DNA of 64,000 nucleotides, from assembly GCF_902713615.1 (NCBI RefSeq), contig NC_052155.1:163531828-163595827 (forward strand), given 5' to 3'. The notes beneath the pieces were generated by a model that searched no databases, was not told the DNA's origin, and saw only the letters and a list, made by a program, of their open reading frames with translations. Numbering within the stretch: the first letter of the stretch is position 1; every line of letters begins with the position of its first letter. Both the position numbers and the translations under genes were made by a program. This stretch comes from Scyliorhinus canicula. Its lineage: Eukaryota. Positions 25,341 to 36,292 of this stretch are shown here, piece after piece.

Positions 25341-27201
25341 CCAGGCACAGCTCGTGCCGAATCGTCAAGCATGCAGAGCGCGACATAGACCTCCAGGCAA
25401 ATGGGCTACATAACGCTCATTATTGACTGAAATGAAGAAAAATAAAACTGTTTTAAACCAAGTTTTCATTAAACAACGTTTTGTTGGTGTTTAAACAGTT
25501 GACCTTAAACCAAAAAAAACCTAGAAAAGATCACACAACAGATTCTGGGCCAGGTCTGTCTTGATACATTCACATCATTTTTTTAATGCGGGGGCGGTGT
25601 CCTGATTGGAAGGCGAAAAGAGGGCAATGCACTAGGGTTAGGGTGAGGGTGGATTTGCACTTTGGGTGGGCCTACACTGAACACGGCACCCATCAAGGAG
25701 GTACCCCACCTCTAGTCCTGTATCGAAGCTCACTGGTTTTATCTGACTGGACTGTTGATCAGGCTTGGGCCTCCCCTGTTATGAGTAAAGTCCCAGTGAC
25801 GGCGGGACATGGGGGCATTTAGGTGACCATTAATCAGGAAAGCAGGCTCCCTGATGCCTCTCCCCGCTGCTGGTAAAATTGTAGCGGAAGGGGCATTTTT
25901 GCGAGCACTGACTCTGCTCAGCTTATATTCCGTCTTTTCATCCTAGAGCACATTTTGTCCTTGTCTTTTCTTGGTGTATGTGGCTTGTGCTGTGTCCTGA
26001 GAGGTGTTTGATTGGTGTCTCTATCTGAAAGATTGCAGATTAAATGCTTAAATCATCGTATGTTTCTGGCACTGGAATGAGCTGGGGTGGGTCCCGTGTT
26101 TAGTGGCGTAATTACTATTGAACAGGTTCTCGCCTTGGCGGTATTGTGCGCATCAACGGACGATGGCTGCAAACGAAGATGTTGCTTTGCGGTACAGATT
26201 GTCGGGGCTCAATTCCAGGAGTCGCGGGGCACTTTTGTGGAGGCGATGGGAGGTGCAGGAGAAGGTTCTGGCAATGGATAGGGTACTGTCCCTAGTGAGG
26301 GCCTGCCTCCGCACTATTGGGACTCTGCTGCATGGCTTATCGTTCGGCCTGACGGATTCGGGAGAGAATGAAAAGGCCCCGGAGAGGTGCACTGCCAGAC
26401 CCGTTCCTCGCTGCGAGGTTGTGGAAGACTCCCCCAATGAGATTGAGGGATTGCCAGCATATGCTGGGGTTCTTGATTTGGAGGATGGGTGTATAGTACC
26501 AAATTTGATGGAACACAATGTACCCTGTCTTTGTGGACCTGCGTTGGTAGGGCCTGCTGACCAATGGTCTTGTTTTGTCCTGTTCCAGTTGCGAGAGCTG
26601 GAGATGGCCGAACCGGTCGAATCATCCCATCTGGCCAGGGTCTGAGCTGTAGACCGCCTGGGTGATGGTGAGATGGCCTGGTGGAGGTATTGATGCCTCG
26701 TGCTTTGTAGCAAGATAGGCGAGCACTCCCCAGACTTTTATCCTGGTGATCGTCCTACAGCACAGCCGTTCACCTTGACATTGCTCCCTGTTGTTATTGG
26801 CTTGATGTTCTACTTTCTTCCTTTCAGGGAAATGTGAAGGGGAGATGAGGGTGGCCTGGTGTATCCTTTGCATGGTGGTGATTCCCATGATCCGGTGCAG
26901 TGTCCCCTAAATTTTGGGGTGGGGGAGGGGCGGTTCTTCTCTTTATTTTCTTCTCTGATCAGGGTGAGTATGATGCTGGTCCTGGTTCTGATTTTGTCTG
27001 GTCAGATGAGGGGGAGGTTCTTGGATGTTGGGGAGGGAGAACCAGCCTTCCCTCCCAGGGCACCCATTTCTCGGGTGCCATGATGGTCACCAGGCTCAGC
27101 GAGGACATTATTTGGATGAACCCAGTGTTGAATAAAGTGGGATAGAGTCTGAACTTAAGCCATGACCCCACTTGGTTTACCAGAAAATGGTGGAGAAATG
27201 T

Positions 27202-27535
27202 GGGCAGCACGGTAGCACTGTGGATAGCACAATTGCTTCACAGCTCCAGAGTCCCAGGTTCGATTCCGGCTTGTGTCACTGTCTGTGCGGAGTCTGCACA
27301 TCCTCCCCGTGTGTGCGTGGGTTTCCTCCGGGTACTCGGGTTTCCTCCCACAGTCCAAAGATGTGCAGGTTAGGTGGATTGGCCAAGATAAATTGTCCTT
27401 AGTGTTGGGTGAGGTTACTGGGTTATGGGGATAGGGTGGAGGTGTTGACCTTGGGTAGGGTTCTCTTTCCAAGAGCCGGTGCAGACTTGATGGGCTGAAT
27501 GGCCTCCTTCTGCACTGTAAATTCTATGATCTATG
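27202..27535 (+). mobile_element. HE1-type SINE, full length
   Basis: Head, core and tail ending AATTCTATGATCTATG. Confidence 0.9.
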
Positions 27536-27882
27536 AGACAATCTAAGCAAAAATCTGAAACTATTCTTGGGCATCAGCCTCCATTAGATACAGCGGCAAT
27601 TTTGTGTTATTCTGATCCACGTTTTAATGCTGAACATCCATTCTAATTGTTGTGACAGTTTAGCGAGCACTGTGTGCAATTTCCTTCTTTCTTCCATATC
27701 CTAAGATATAATGCTCACTTTATGAGCCTCAGAGGGTAAAAGATTGAGTGATTCAAAGACAGTGAATTGCACTAAACGAATTGAGCTGCCCAACATTTCA
27801 ATGCAAGTTGAGATTTGAAAATGGAAATGGGAAACAATTCATTAACAGTGAGATACATTTGCGGGGCTGGGGTGATAAATAG

Positions 27883-30467
27883 CGTGATGGTATGAATAGG
27901 AGCACTGCCATTAGTGCAGAGCACTGGTTTCCCATTGGCTCTGGCTGGTCATGTGCCTCTCGGCTGATTGGCTGGGACTAGTCATGTGACTGCTCACCAA
28001 TTGGTCGAGAGGCAAGTAGACCCCGCCTCCGAGGCGGGGTATAGGTACCCAGAGTTCCCGGCGGTCGGCCTTTCACTGTAGTCGACCACCGGGCTAACAT
28101 CTAGCTGATTAAAGCCTAAGTTTGGACATCAACCTCCAAAAATTCCTCCGAACCGCAGAACTCCTTAATTTAACCTACATTAAGGATAAGTGCGTGTTTA
28201 GCACCGACCGTCTAGCCATCCTTGGCTACGTAGTGCGTAATGGAGTGATAGGCCCCGATCCCGAACGCATGCGCCCCCTAATGGAACTCCCTCTCCCCAA
28301 CACCCTCAAACGCTGCCTGGGCTTCTTCTCCTATTGCGCCCAGTGGGTCCCCACCTACGCCGACATAAGCCGCCCCCTCATCCAGTCCACCTCCTTTCCC
28401 CTGTCGATGGAGGCCCGACAGGCCTTTAGCCGCATCAAAGCGGATATCGCAAAGGCCATGATGCATGCTATCGACGAGTCCCTCCCATTCTAGGTCGAGA
28501 GTGACGCGTCCAAAGTTGCTCTAGCGGTCACCCTGAACCAAGCGGGCAGACCCATGGCCTTCTTCTCCCGGACCCTCCACGCTTCCGAACTCCGCCATTC
28601 CTTGGTGGAAAAGGAGGCACAGGCCATAGTTGAAGCTGTGCGATATTGGAGGCACTATCTGGCCGGCAGGAAGTTTACCCTCCTCACGGACCAACAGTCA
28701 GTAGCCTTCAAGTTCGATAATGCACAGAGGGACAAGATCAGGAATGACAAGATCTTGCGGTGGCGGATCGAGTTGTCCACGTACAACTACGATATCTTGT
28801 ATCGTCCTGGGAAGCTCACGAGCCTCCCGATGCCCTATCCCGCGGTACCTCGCCAGCGCGCAGATTGACCGCCTCCGCTCCCTCCACACGGACCTCTGCC
28901 ATCCAGGGGTAACCCGTTTTTACCACTTTATCAAGACCCGCAACCTGCCCTACTCCATTGAGGAAGTCAGGGCCGTCACCAGGGACTGCCACATCTGCGC
29001 AGAGTGCAAACCGCACTTTTACCGCCCCGAGCAAGTGCATCTGATCAAGGCGTCCCTCCCCTTCGAGCGTCAAGGGTTCAAAGGACTTCAAGGGTCCCCT
29101 CCCCTCCAACAACCACAACACATATTTCTTGAGTGTGATTGACGGGTACTCCCGCTTCCCTTTCGCCATCCCCTGCCCCGACATGACCACAACAACCGTC
29201 ATAAAGGCCCTCCTGACCATTTTCTCCCTGTTCGGTTACCCCGCGTACATCCACAGAGACCGGGGGTCCTCCTTTATGAGTGATGAACTGCGTCAATTCC
29301 TGCTCAGCAGGGGCATAGCCTCTAGCAGGACGACCAGTTATAACCCTCGGGGTAACGGGTAGGTCGAGCGGGAGAATGGCACCATCTGGAAGACCATCCT
29401 GCTGGCCCTACGGTCCAGAGATCTCCCTATCCCCCGTTGGCAAGAGGTCATCCCCGACGCCCTCCATTCAATCCGGTCTCTCCTCTGTACCGCCACTAAT
29501 CAAACACCTCATGAACGGCTTCTTGTTATCCCTAGGAAGTCGTCCTCAGGATCCCCTCTCCCGACCTGGCTGGCCACCACCGGGCCCATCTTGCTCCGGA
29601 AGCATGTGTGGATGCACAAGTCCGACCCGTTGGTTGAGCGAGTCCAGTTACTCCATGCCAACCCGCAGTATGCGTACATGGAGTATCCCAACAGTCGGCA
29701 GGATACGGTCTCGCTTCGGGACCTGGCACCCACCGGCGTGCGGCCTTCCGCCCCCACTACATCAACACCTCCCCCCAATCCCGATTCCCCCCAGCGCCCC
29801 CTGCACCCCCATGACCCAGCGCACAGACCCCCCCTTCCCCGATCACAACGTCTCCACCACCGGCCCGGGTTACGGAGACACATCTACGACCGACGCTCCC
29901 GGAGTCAAGGATGACCACCAGCCCGACGTCACCGGCTCCACTGCGACAGTCCACCAGAACACTATGGGCACCCGACAGGCTGATCGAGTCCATCTGATGC
30001 CATCATGGGACTTTATTGGACTCTATTGTAATATTTGTTTTTGCACCCAACTGTATTCGGTTTTGTTCACTTTTGCCACGAGCCAGTGGGCAGCCTCCAT
30101 CTTCTCGATTGTCTCTACTCATGCTACCATTTCCCCTTACAACACCCCCCCCCCCCCCCCCCGGCATCTTTCTACACAAGGGGTGAATGTGTTGTTATGA
30201 ATAGGAGCACTGCCATTGGTGCAGAGCACTGGTTTCCCATTGGCTCTGACTGGTCATGTGCCTCTCGGCTGATTGGCTGGGACTAGTCATGTGACTGCTC
30301 GCCAATTGGTCGAGAGGCAAGTAGACCCCGCCTCCGAGGCGGGGTATAAGTACCCAGAGTTCCCGGCGGTCGGCCTTTCACTGTCGTCGACCACCGGGCT
30401 AACATCTAGCTGATTGAAGCCTAAGTTTGGACCTTCATTGTGTCTCGCGTCCATTGATGGTGCATCA
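27883..30467 (+). mobile_element. Gypsy element related to 7941-10502, with an internal deletion (RT C-terminus, RNase H and integrase retained); two LTRs
   Basis: 5' LTR 27883-~28126 (truncated) and 3' LTR 30188-30467; about 9 differences over about 244 aligned bp. 5-bp TSD AATAG (27878-27882 / 30468-30472) inside a CR1. PPT before 30188. Integrase HHCC (HPGVTRFYHF..CHIC) and core (DRGSSFMS, YNPRGNG). Confidence 0.92.
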
Positions 30468-32150
30468 AATAGTGAGGAGGATAGTCTTAGATTACAGGAG
30501 GATATTGGCGGGCTGGTGAGATGGGCTGATCAATGGCAAATGGAATGAAATCTGGATAAATGAGAGGTGATGCACTTGGGCGAGACAGACAAGGCAAGAG
30601 AATACATGATAAACGACAAGATCACGGGCAGCACCAAGGATCAAAGGGACCTGGAGATTTACCAGGATGTTTCCTGGGCAGGAAACCTTTAGTTATGAAG
30701 CGAGATTGCATAGACTTGGATTGTTTTCTTTAGAGCATAGGAGATAAAGGGGGGACATGATTGATATGTATAAAATTCTGAGGGATATAGATAGAGTAGA
30801 CAGGAAGAAAACTCTCCCCTTGGTGGAGGGATCAATGACTATGGGTGTAAATTTAAGGTAAGGGCTAGAAGGTTTAAAGTGGATGTGAGGGAAAACTTTT
30901 TTACCAAGAGGGTGTTGGGAGTTTGGAACAGGGGGCAGGATTCTGTGATCCTGAGGCTAAGTGTTGACACTGTCGGAAACGCTGTCGCGTTTCTCAACGG
31001 CATCAACACGGCCTCCGGATCAGCAATTCTGGCCCCTACAGGCGGCCAGCACAGCACTGGAGCAGTTCACGCCGCTCCAGCTGCTGATCCCGGCATGAAC
31101 TGGGTGCCGAGGGATCCGCGCATGCGCAGTGGCACCGGCGCCAATGCGCGCATGCACAGTGGCTTCCTTCAATGCGCTGGCCCTGACGCAACATGGCACA
31201 GTACTAGAGGGGCCGGCGCAGAAGAAAGGAGGCCGCCAGCCAGAGAGGCCGGCCCGCCGATCGGTGGATCCCGATTGCGGGCCAGGCAACATCGGAGGCC
31301 CCATCTGGCCCTCTGGTGTCGGACACCCCCCCCACGGGCTGCCTCCCGACCCTTCAACGGCGAGGTCCTGCCAGCCCAGAGCAGGTTAGAATGGCGCCGG
31401 CAGGACTTGTTTTTTATTTACGGCCGCTCGGCCCATCCGGGCTAGAGAATCACGGGGGGGGGGGGGGGGGGGGGGGGGGGGGCGGCGGGGGGGGGGGGGG
31501 GGGTGGGGTGGGGCAGGTAGAGTTGCCCCCGACCAGCACCGCGCTGACCACGCCGGCCCCAATGGCGCCGATCCGGCATCGGGGCGACGTTGCGCGATTT
31601 GCACGGGCCCCAGCGATTCTCCAACCCGACGCGGGATCGGAGAATTCCGCCCGCGTTGTTTTCCTTGGAGCATAGGAGACAAGGGGGGGGGGGACATGAT
31701 TGATATGTACAAAATTATGAGGGACATAGAGTAGACAGGAAGAAACCTCTTCCCTTGGTGGAGGGAGCAATGACTGGTGGTGTAGATTTAAGGTATGGGG
31801 CAGAAGGTTTAAAGTGGATGTGAGAGAAAACGTTTTTACCGAGAGGGTGATGGGAGTTTGGAACATGATGCCTGAAAAGGTGGTGGAGGCAGAGACCCTC
31901 ATAATATTTAAGAAGTATTTAGATGTGCACCTGTCATTCCAAGGCATAACTTTTCACAGTAACTTCATTGCAGTGTTAATGTAAGCCTACTTGTGACAAT
32001 AATAAAGATTATTATTATTACAGGGCTATGGGCCGGAATGCTGGAAAACGGGATTAGAATAGTTAAGTGGCTGGTTGTTTTTGACCAGCGCAGATGCGAT
32101 GGGCCAAAGGACCTTTTCTGTGGTGGAGGACTCTATGAATCTATGATAGT
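30468..32150 (+). mobile_element. CR1 LINE 3' fragment with an internal duplication, a MITE and a short LINE/SINE-tail insertion
   Basis: CR1 C-terminal coding remnants and 3' UTR ending in ctctatgaatctatga; continues to the left at 27850-27882 across the Gypsy insertion. Confidence 0.8.
30933..31652. mobile_element. Harbinger-type MITE containing a long poly-G run
   Basis: GGGCAGGATTC ... GGAGAATTCCGCCC. Confidence 0.8.
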
Positions 32151-32760
32151 GATTGTAGCCATAGTGTACATGATGACATCTAATCAGAGAAAGACATTAC
32201 GAGTTTGATTTTAACTCCTGACAGGAGAATAGGTTTTGAATGAGGTAAAAATCTCGCCCTGTGATTCTCAGTCTGAAGCCAACGGTAGTTTCCTGTTAGG
32301 CAGCTGCAAATATAATTCATTGAGTTATTGTTATGAGATGGTTAGCGTGGTCAGTTGGGAAATTGCAGCGGGTAACTGCACTCGGCAGATTTCCCAGCAT
32401 TTTGTCAATTTCATTGATTCAGTTAACTCTGAAGATTGGGAGAATCAACGGGAAGAAATTTATAACCACTGTGAATCCACACCTCCCCCTCACACTGTAA
32501 CTCCAGAACCCAAGCTGAACCTGCCCAGATGGGGTAAAATTTTCAAGGCTCACAAAGCAGTACATCTCAAAATTCTTTTAACTATTTATTGTCTACCGAT
32601 AACATATAAATGTCAGGGTCATCAGATCGGAAGACCTATAACGCATAAGAGCAGAATTAGGTCATTTGGCCCATCGGGTCTGCTCCACCATTCAATCATG
32701 GCTGATATGTTTCTTGTCCCCATTCTTCTGCCTTCTCCTAATAACCCTTGATCCCCTTAT

Positions 32761-32978
32761 NNNNNNNNNNNNNNNNNNNNNNNNNNNNNNNNNNNNNNNN
32801 NNNNNNNNNNNNNNNNNNNNNNNNNNNNNNNNNNNNNNNNNNNNNNNNNNNNNNNNNNNNNNNNNNNNNNNNNNNNNNNNNNNNNNNNNNNNNNNNNNNN
32901 NNNNNNNNNNNNNNNNNNNNNNNNNNNNNNNNNNNNNNNNNNNNNNNNNNNNNNNNNNNNNNNNNNNNNNNNNNNNNN
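32761..32978. other. Assembly gap (N run)
   Basis: 218 N. Confidence 1.
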
Positions 32979-33216
32979 TGTCTATCTCTGTCAATCTCTA
33001 TCCCTCTCTCTATCTATGTCAGAGTCCTGGCAAATCGTATAACTAGTGCTGTCGATAGAGCTGTCACGCTTGGTGGGTTGGTGAATTTGATGGTGGCATG
33101 TCCTTATGAATGCCATCAATGTCCCTGTGCAACAGGAACCAAGAAGTGGTCAAATCACTTCGCTGTCTGATTTGGAGTCCTTTTTTTCCTCCGATATTTG
33201 TGATGGTGATGTTGGA

Positions 33217-33820
33217 TGGCATCTTGTAGCTGATAAGTTGGTGACGTTGAAGAGGTACCATCAACAGTATCATTCGAGGTCATGTATGTGCCATATGCTG
33301 AAGTTGGATAATACTGTGCATACTGGTTTTGGCCAAATGCTGTGTCGGAAGGGTAATCCTGATGAGAACTGTTGAAGCTTGTCGAATTGGAAACAGAATT
33401 GCTGCTCGCATAAATACCTGGTGATGGTGTGAAACTAGAACCTTGCATCTGACAGGAATATGCCGTCTGGCCAGGCTGGGGTGCAGCAAATCCTGGGCTG
33501 TAACCAAGGCATCCAGTCTGCAGTGCAGATTGTGCAGTAGTCCTCCGTCGGTCTTGATTCCATAAGTGGGCAATCCGTAGTGCTGGCCTGTTTGAGAATA
33601 TGCTGCATAGACTGCTGGCTGCTGCATTCCTGAATACTGGGTGTGTCCAGCAAAAGCTGTCATTGACTGCACTGCTGGTGTGGAAAGAATGTGTGGGTAT
33701 GGCTTGGAAGGATATAGCTGTGATGAATATTGGTGTATTCCTCTTGGACTGTGGCCACTACTTGTTATTACTGACCCAGTGTAATTGCCAAGTGATCCAT
33801 CTCCTGTTGTTGTGGCATCT
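33217..33820 (-). pseudogene. EYA4: Processed (intron-less) EYA4 cDNA fragment, N-terminal P/S/T-rich transactivation region, one frameshift near 33535
   Basis: [93 protein letters not shown] / [104 protein letters not shown] is colinear with vertebrate EYA4 over a region that spans several exons in the parent gene. No introns, no polyA tail. Confidence 0.9.
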
Positions 33821-34489
33821 GCTGTCACCCTGAGCATGCCGTCACTGAGTTTGCGGCACTCCCTGTCTGGAGTAAAGTCCGGCTTACGTGAATCAGAGTT
33901 GGCATTTGGTTGCTCTCCACCTGGAGTCTGGTCTGTTCTCCCGAAGTCAGCTGTGGTTTGTCGGTGCTCCCCGGAGTCAGCTGAGATTTCTGGAAGCTGC
34001 ACGACTGGAGTCGGAACATGCAGGAATGCATTGACTTGTGGAGAGCTTCGAGCGAATGAGGTTGGAAGTACCGTGGTGTCACCGGAGTCACCAGTGGTCT
34101 CACAGTGATCGTCGAATCCCTCTTTACACACTAGCTGACGTCTGTCATATTGCACATCTTGCATCCCATGGGAAGTGGGATGCTGTCGTCAGTCGTCTCG
34201 CACACAGTGGATAGAGCCTCAGTAGCTTCTTGTTGTTCACTTGGGCTGGGTAGACTGTCAGAGTCTTCTCCTTGTGGCTCAGACAATGTGGGTGGACCGT
34301 CATAGTCGCTCTGTTGTTCATTTAGGCTTGGACTGGCATAGTTGCTTTGTTCTTCACTGGAGCATGATAAACCATCATGGTCGTCCTGCTGTGCACAGGA
34401 GCGTGGTAGACTGTCATGGTCTTCTTGCTGTTTACTTGAGCATGACAGACTTGCATCGTCTGCTGCTAGTTGGTCAGAGGAGGTTGCTA

Positions 34490-34750
34490 GACCCTCATGG
34501 TCTTGTTCCTGCAAGGACTGCGCTTTGGAGTCTTGCATTGCTTCAATCATGGAGGCTGTCCACGAGCTCGCTGTGGAGGCTTGTGTCACTCGAGTCACTT
34601 CTTGTTCGTGCAAGGACTGCGCTCTGGAGTCTTGCGTTTCTGCAATCGTGGAGTCTGTCCACGAGCTCGCTGTGGAGGCTTGTGATACTGGAGTCACTTC
34701 TTCTTCATGCAAGGACTGCGGTGTGGAGTCTTGCGTGTCTTCTGTTGTGG
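34490..34750. repeat. ~105-bp tandem repeat, about 2.5 copies, inside the EYA4-carrying element
   Basis: TGCAAGGACTGCG...GGAGTCTTGC recurs at about 34510, 34610 and 34710. Confidence 0.8.
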
Positions 34751-35845
34751 AGTCGAGAACCCTTACCGGTGCATGGACCGCTCTCTGTGGGCTTCTACCG
34801 CTCTCTGTCTCTTGGTTTCAGGCCGCAGCATAATCCTGCACTCACGAGTCGTATATGCTGGGCTGCAGATCCTCAAATCCGAAGAATGAATCCGCGTCTG
34901 CATCGGATTCAGTACGGGGGTCGCCATTTCTAATGAAAAAACCTTCGTCCGAGTCGTAGTCTTCTAGGGCCATATCAGCACTGTTTGCGTCGGAGCTGGC
35001 ATTGGGCTCGCGATGTCCAGAGAAAAAATAAAGGTTGGTGTCGTAGTATTCAAGGTCTGAATCATCTGTTTGGACGTAGCTAACTGCTTGTTGCAGGGTT
35101 CTGCGGAGGTTACGTTCATTTCCTGGTTGAATTTCAGGCATTGTGCTGTCATTCCAGGAGAAGGAAGCTTGATTTATGGCTTTAAGAGATTTTTTTCGTG
35201 ATTTGGGACATTAAATGGGCCTGGTCCAGGGGCCTCTGACGTCACGAAGCGTGTGACATCAGTCGTAGGAAGCATTTGCGCATGCACCTATCGCTGTTCC
35301 TGTACGGGGGCGGGGGGGGGGGGGGGGGCGTTTTCGCAATTGCGCATGCGTGCCTTCTCGCACATGCGCAAACGGACCTTCCCATTCTGTGCGCTTCTCG
35401 CGCACCTGCGCATGTGCAGTACCTTTACAAAGATGGCCGCTGATCAAAATTGTTCTCTGCTCCGGGATCTCGGCCTTGTGGTGAGTACTGGCGTTTCTCT
35501 TACCGTTTTCTGCTGGTTGGAGTGTGTTTTCCTCACAGTATTTACCGAATTTGTCCAGGACTGCCTGGAAGTCGCCCCTGTTTTGCCCTTTGGTGAACTT
35601 GAATTTTTAAAAGATTTCTTCTGCACCGGCGATGGTGAGCAGAAGCTTTTCAGCATCGGCCACGTCTTGTAGGTCGGCTGCTGCCAGGAAGATTTCAAAC
35701 CTTCGCCGGAATGTATGCCAGTTTGCACTGAGATTGACGTGGCACTGGAGCCGCTGCGGAACCGGGATCTCAACCATCTTGCCTGGGTATTGTTGCTGGT
35801 TGTCACTGTGTGCTGAGTTATAGCTATATGAATTGAAACAAATCA

Positions 35846-35856
35846 CTCTGGTACCA
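35846..35856 (-). promoter_or_regulatory. Primer-binding site resembling the initiator tRNA-Met PBS
   Basis: TGGTACCAGAG directly after the LTR-terminal CA; 1 mismatch to TGGTAGCAGAG (complement of the vertebrate tRNAi-Met 3' end). Confidence 0.6.
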
Positions 35857-36292
35857 TGTCTTGTTATGCTCTAGGCGTAGCATAAGCGGCTTCCTTGTGG
35901 TGCACTTGATAAAGGAATGTTCAGACGTGGAGATAACTTCAACACGTTTATTAAACTATTTACACTTCTCCTACTCGGGTTCGCCACTACTGTTAATCCT
36001 TCTTTAGCTACTCAGACTGACAAACCAGTCTGCTACAATCCATGTGGTGGGAGTGATATTGAATCAACCCTGTGTCTCTACTCACTGACTGTCTCCACTG
36101 GAAAGAGGAAGATCATGCGTGTCCTTTATATGTGGTCGTGTCACCTCTGTGTGTATCGTGAATGCCCATTGGTCATGTCCTATCTAACTGATCTATTGGT
36201 TGAGTGTCTGTGTGTCAATTCTCTAGTGCCTAGCTTGTCTACTTGTATTTACATTAACCCCTTGCGTATTTACAGTGATATATATCACCACA

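Larger units (their letters stand above)
33018..36292 (-). mobile_element. Non-autonomous LTR retrotransposon (gag remnant, no pol) carrying the EYA4 cDNA; 3' end missing
   Basis: 5' LTR 36292-35857 (TG...CA, TATA-like and AATAAA signals), PBS-like TGGTACCAGAG, gag-like start at 35777 (MVEIPVPQRLQCHVNLSANWHTFRRRFEIFLAAA). Then low-complexity ORFs, about 105-bp repeats and the EYA4 insert. Ends at a microsatellite beside the assembly gap. Confidence 0.75.

Noticed and set aside
27202-27275. tRNA genes (here and at similar heads)
   Set aside because: These are tRNA-derived SINE heads that continue into the V-core and tail.
31454-31511. Long poly-G tract as a G-quadruplex element
   Set aside because: A homopolymer inside a MITE whose length is unreliable in assemblies; no other support.
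32666-33170. ORFs spanning the N run
   Set aside because: Artefacts of the assembly gap.
33155-34164. A functional antisense EYA4 gene
   Set aside because: Partial, intron-less, frameshifted, lacks the Eya domain, and embedded in an LTR element.
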